Below are positions 58,780-64,000 of a stretch of 64,000 nucleotides of DNA, piece by piece. A program made the translations under genes and the position numbers. Within the stretch, counting starts at the first letter, position 1; every line of letters starts with the position of its first letter. Under the pieces are notes generated by a model. That model had not been told where the DNA came from. It did not search any database and worked only from the letters and a program-made list of their open reading frames with translations. The stretch is from Felis catus (taxonomy: Eukaryota), in contig NC_058382.1 in NCBI RefSeq assembly GCF_018350175.1, forward strand, positions 61,630,001 to 61,694,000, in the 5' to 3' direction.

Positions 58780-61700
58780 TTTTTATTTTAATTTTATTAT
58801 TATTTTTTAAATTTACAGTCAAATTAGCATATAGTGCAACAATGATTTCGGGAGTAGATTCCTTAGTGCCCTTACCCACTTAGACCATCTCCCCTCCCAC
58901 ACCCCCTCCAGTAGCCCTCTGTTTGTTCTCCATATTTATGAGTCTCTTCTGTTTTGTCCCCCTCCCTGTTTTATATTATTTTTGCTTCCCTTCCCTTATG
59001 TTCATCTGTTTTGTCGCTTAAAGTCCTCATATGAGTGAGGTCACATGGTATTTGTCTTTCTCTGACTAATTTCTTAGCATAACACCCTCCAGTTCCATCC
59101 ATGTAGTTGCAAATGGCAAGATTTCATTCTTTTCGATTGCCGAGTAATACTCCATTGTATATGTATACCACACCTTCTTTATCCATTCATCCATCGATGG
59201 ACATTTGGGCTCTTTCCATACTTTGGCTATTGTTGATAGTGCTGCTATAAACATTGGGGTGCATATGTCCTTTCGAAACAGCACACCTGTATCCTTTGGA
59301 TAAATACCTAGTAGTGCAATTGCTGGGTCGTAGGGTAGTTCTATTTTAATTTTTTGAGGAACCTCCATACTGTTTTCCAGAGTGGCTGCACCAGCTTACA
59401 TTCCCACCAACAGTGCAAAAGAGTTCTTTCTCTGCATCCTTGTCAAAATCTGTTGTCGCCTGAGTTGTTAATGTTAGCCATTATGACAGGTGTAAGGTGG
59501 TATCTCATTGTGGTTTTGATTTGTATTTCCCTGATGATGAGTGAAGTTGGGCATTTTTTCGTGTGTTTGTTGGCCATTTGGATGTCTTCTTTGGAGAAGT
59601 GTCTGTTCATGTCTTTTGCCCATTTCTTCACTGGATTATTTTTTGGGGGGGTGTTGAGTTTGATAAGTTCTTTATAGATTTTGGATACTAACCCGTTATC
59701 TGATATGTTGAGTTTGATAAGTTCTATATAGATTTTGGATACTAACCCTTTATCTGATATGTCGTTTGCAAATATCTTCTCCTATTCTGTCGGCTGACTT
59801 TTAATTTTGCTGATTGTTTCCTTCACTGTGCAAAAGCTTTTTATTTTGATGGGGTCCCAGTAGTTCATTTTTGCTTAGTTTCCCTTGCCTCTGGAGACGT
59901 GTTGAGTAAGAAGTTGCTGCGGCCAAGGTCAAAGAGGTTTTTGCCTTCTTTCTCCTCGAAGATTTTGATGGCTTCCTGTCTTACATTGAGGTCTTTCATC
60001 CATTTTGAGTTTATTTTTGTGTCTGGTGTAAGAAAGTGGTCCAGATTCATTCTTCTGCATGTCGCTGTCCAGTTTTCCCAGCACCACTTGCTGAAGAGAC
60101 TGTCTTTATTCCATTGGTTGTTCTTTCCTGCTTTGTCAAAGATCAGTTGGCCATATGTTTGTGGGTCCATTCCTGGGTTCTCTATTCTGTTCCATTGATC
60201 TGAGTGTCTGTGCTTGTGCCAGCACCATACTGTCCTGATGATTACAGCTTTGTAATACAGCTTGAAGTCCGGGATTGTGATGCCTCCTGCTTTGGTTTTT
60301 TTTTTTCCAAGGTTGCTTTAGCTATTCGGTGTCTTTTCTGGTTCCATACACATTTTAGGATTATTTGTTGTCGTCCTGTGAAGAATGCTGGTGTTATTTT
60401 GATAGGGATTGCATTGAATATGTAGATTGCTTTGGGTAGTATCAATATTTTAACAATATTTGCTCTTCCTATTCAGGAGCATGGAATCTTTTTCCATTTT
60501 TTTGTGTCTTCTTCAATTTCTTTCATAAGCTTTCTATTGTTTTCAGTGTATAGATTTTTCACCTCTTTGGTTAGATTTATTCCTAGATATTTTATGGTTT
60601 TGGTGCAATTGTACATGGGATCAATTCCTTGATTTCTCTTTCTGTTGCTTCATTGTTGGTGAATAGGAATGCAACCGCTTTCTGTGTGTTGATTTTATAT
60701 CCTGCCACTTTGCAGAATTCATGAATCAGTTCTAGCAATTTTTTGGTGGAATCTTTAGGGTTTTCCATATAGAGTACCACGTCATCTGCGAAGAGTGAAA
60801 GTTTGACCTCCTCCTGACCGATTTGGGTGCCTTTTATTTCTTTGTGTTGTCTGCTTGCAGAGGCTAGGACTTCCAATACTATGTTGAATAACAGTGGTGA
60901 GAGTGGACATCCCTGTCTTGTTCCTGACCTTAGGGGGAAAGCTCTCAGTTTTCCCCCATTGAGGATGATATTAGCATTGGGTCGTTCATATATAGGTTTT
61001 ATGATCTCAAGGTATGATCCTTCTATCCCTACTTTCTTGAGGGTATTTATCAAGAAAGGATGCTGTATTTTGTCAAATGCTTTCTCTGTGTCTATTGAGA
61101 GGATCATGTGGTTCTTGTCCTTTCTTTTATTGATGTGATCAATCACATTGATTGTTGTGCGGATATTGAACCAGCCCTGCATCCCAGGTATAAATCCCAC
61201 TTGTTCATGGTGAATAATATTTTTAATGTATTGTTGGATCTGGTTGGCTAATATCTTGTGGAAGATTTTTGTGTCCAGATTCATCAGGGAAATTGGTCTA
61301 TAGTTCTCCTCTTTTGTGGGGTCTCTGTCTGGTTTTGGAATCAAACTAATGCTGGCTTCATAGAAAGAGTTTGGAAGTTTTCCTTCCATTTCTATTTTTT
61401 GGAACAGCTTCAAGAGAATAGGTGTTAACTCTTCCTTAAATGTTTGTTAAAATTCCCCTGGAATTTCCCCTGGAAAGCCATCCGGCCCTGGGCTCTTGTT
61501 CTTTGGGAGATTTTTTATTACTAATTCGATTTCTTTACTGGTTATGGGTCTGTTCAAATTTCCTATTTCTTCCTGTTTCAGTTTTGGTAGTTTATATATT
61601 TCTAGGAATTTGTCCATTATTTCCAGATTGCCCATTTTATTGTCGTATAATTTCTCATAATATTCTCTTATTATTGTTTTTATTTCTGCTGTGTTGGTTG

Positions 61701-62871
61701 TGATCTCTCCTCTTTCATTCTTGATTTCATTTATTTGGGTCCTTTCTTTTTTCTTTTTGATCAAACTGGCTAGTGGTTTATCAATTTTGTTAATTCTTTC
61801 AAAGAACCAGCTTCTGGTTTCATTTATTTGCTGTTCTTTTCCCAGCTCTTTAAGGTGTAAGGTTAGGTTGTGTATCTGAGATCTTTCTTCCTTCTTTAGG
61901 AAGGTCTGGATTGCTATGTACTTCCCTCTTATGACCACCTTTGCTGTGTCCCAGAGGTTTTGGGTTGTAGTGTTATCATTTTCATTGGCTTCCATATACT
62001 TTTTAATTTCCTCTTTAACTTCTTGGTTAGCCCATTCATTCTTTAGTAGGATGTTCTTTAGTCTCCAAGTATTTGTTACCTTTCCAAATTTTTTCTTGCA
62101 GTTGATTTCGAGTTTCATAGTGTTGTGGTCGGAAAGTATGCATGGTATGATCTCGATCTTTTTGTACTTGATTTGTGTCCCAGTATGTGGTCTATTCTGG
62201 AGAATGTTCCATGTGCACTGGAGAAGAACGTATATTCTTCTGCTTTAGGATGAAATGATCTGAATATCTCTGTTAAGTCCATCTGGTCCAGTGTGTCATT
62301 CAAAGCCATTGTCTTCTTGTTGATTTTTTGATTAGATAATCTGTCCATTGCTGTGAGTGGGGTGTTGAAGTCTCCTACTATTATGGTATTACTATAGATG
62401 AGTTTCTTTATATTTATGATTAATTGATTTCTATATTTGGGTGCCTCACATTTGGTGCATAAATGTTTACAATTGTTAGGTCTTCTTGGTGGATAGACCC
62501 CTGGATTATGATATAATGCCCTTCTGCATCTCTTGATACAGTCTTTATTTTAAAATCTAGATTGTCTGATATAAGTGTGGCTACTCTGGCTTTCTTTTGT
62601 TGACCATTAGCATGATAGATGGTTCTCCATCCCCTTACTTTCAATCTGAAGGTGTCTTTAGGTCTAAAGTGGGTCTCTGGTAAACAGCATATAGATGGAT
62701 ATTGTTTTCTTATCCGTTCTGTTACCCTATGTCTTTTGATTGGAGCATTGAGTCCATTGACACTTAGAGTGAGTACTGAAAGATATGAATTTATTGCCAT
62801 GATGTTGCTTGTAGAGTTGGAGTTTCTGGTGGTGTTCTCTGGTCCTTTCTAATCTTTGTTGCTTTTGGTAT

Positions 62872-62911
<40 letters not shown>

Positions 62912-63859
62912 TATTTTCATCTTTTCTCCTCTGAGAGAGTCCCCCTTAAATTTTCTTGCAGGGCTGGGTTAGTGGTCACAAACTCCTTTAATTTTTGTTT
63001 GGGAAACTTTTTATCTCTTCTTCTATTTTGAATGACAGCCTTGCTGGATAAAGAATTCTTGGCTGCATATTTTTCTAATTCAGCACATTGAATATATCCT
63101 GCCACTCCTCTCTGGCCTGCCAAGTTTTGTCAAAAGGTCTGCCACAAACCTGATCTGTCTTCCCTTTTAGGTTAAGGACTTTTTTTCCCTTGCTGCTTTC
63201 ATGATTCTCTCCTTGCCTGGTATTTTGTGAATTTAACTATGATACGCCTTGTTGATGGTCGGTTTTTGTTGAATCTAAAGGGAGTCCTCTGTGCTTCCTG
63301 GATTTTGATGTCTGTGTCTTTCCCCAGGTTAGGAAAGTTTTCTTTTATGATTTGCTCATATAACCCTTGTACCCCTCTCTCTCTCTCTTCCTCTTCTGGG
63401 ACCCCTATGATTCTGATGTTGTTCCTTTTTAATGAGTCACTGGTTTCTCTAATTCTTAAATCGTGCTCTTTTGCCTTAATCTCCCTCTTTTTTTCTGCTT
63501 CATTATTCTCCATAAGTTTGTCTCTGTATCGCTGATTCTCCATCCTTGCTGCCGCTGCATCCATCCATGATTGCAGCTCAGTTATAGCATTTTTTATTTT
63601 ATCCTGACTAGTTTTTACTTCTTTTATCTCTGCAGAAAGTGATTCTAATCTATTTTCAACTCCAGCTAGTATTCTTATTATCATGATTCTAAATTCTGGT
63701 TCAGACATCTTGCTTGTATCTGTGTTGGTTAAATCTCTGGCTGTCATTTCTTCGTGCTCTTTCTTTTGGAGTGAATTCCTTTGTTTCATCATTTTGAAGG
63801 GAGAAAAGGAATTAATGAGGTAGAAAAAATTAAAATTAAAAAAATAAAATTAAAAAATT

Positions 63860-63893
<34 letters not shown>

Positions 63894-64000
63894 GAATACG
63901 TGATGCTAGATCCTAGGTGTGTTTTGATTGTTGAAAGTGGCTTGATAGGTTAGATAAAAAAGGGGGGAAAAAAAGGAAATCGTTTGAAAACTTGAAAAAA
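58780..64000 (-). mobile_element. Near full-length carnivore LINE-1, disrupted
   Basis: ORF1 begins MMKQRNS at 63792; ORF2 fragments cover the endonuclease (NVNGLN-like SVNGLNAPIKR, 62420-62800), RT ([14 protein letters not shown], 60592-61413) and C-terminus (59066-59368); 3' UTR and A-rich tail near 58780-58810; many stops and frameshifts. Confidence 0.97.

Noticed and set aside
60592..61413. Reverse transcriptase ORF as a novel RT system
   Set aside because: Ordinary fragment of the disrupted L1 ORF2

Overview
Mammalian genomic DNA. The SINEs are of the felid SINEC_Fc type, so this is most likely a cat-family genome. Gene order matches human 16q24.3. Left to right: (1) the 3' half of an unprocessed, heavily disabled AFG3L1 (m-AAA protease) pseudogene on + (1908-14110), with one exon caught in a fold-back inverted duplication with 207-bp arms; (2) intact DBNDD1 on - (4 coding exons, 158 aa); (3) intact GAS8/DRC4 on + (11 coding exons, 478 aa), divergent from DBNDD1, with RFX X-box-like motifs in its promoter; (4) intact URAH (5-hydroxyisourate hydrolase, 141 aa with a PTS2 signal) on -, tail-to-tail with GAS8; (5) four exons of a CDH1-like cadherin paralog on -, two open and two decayed; (6) a near full-length but disrupted L1 on - running off the right edge. 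There is also a tailless U2 snRNA retrocopy, many SINEs (two nested at the same host site), and old L1M, MER21-like, MLT, MIR and L2 remnants. Homologies come from manual translation compared with remembered protein and repeat sequences; no database search was run. No wholly new system is demonstrated. The strongest leads are the pseudogene hairpin and the cadherin relic.
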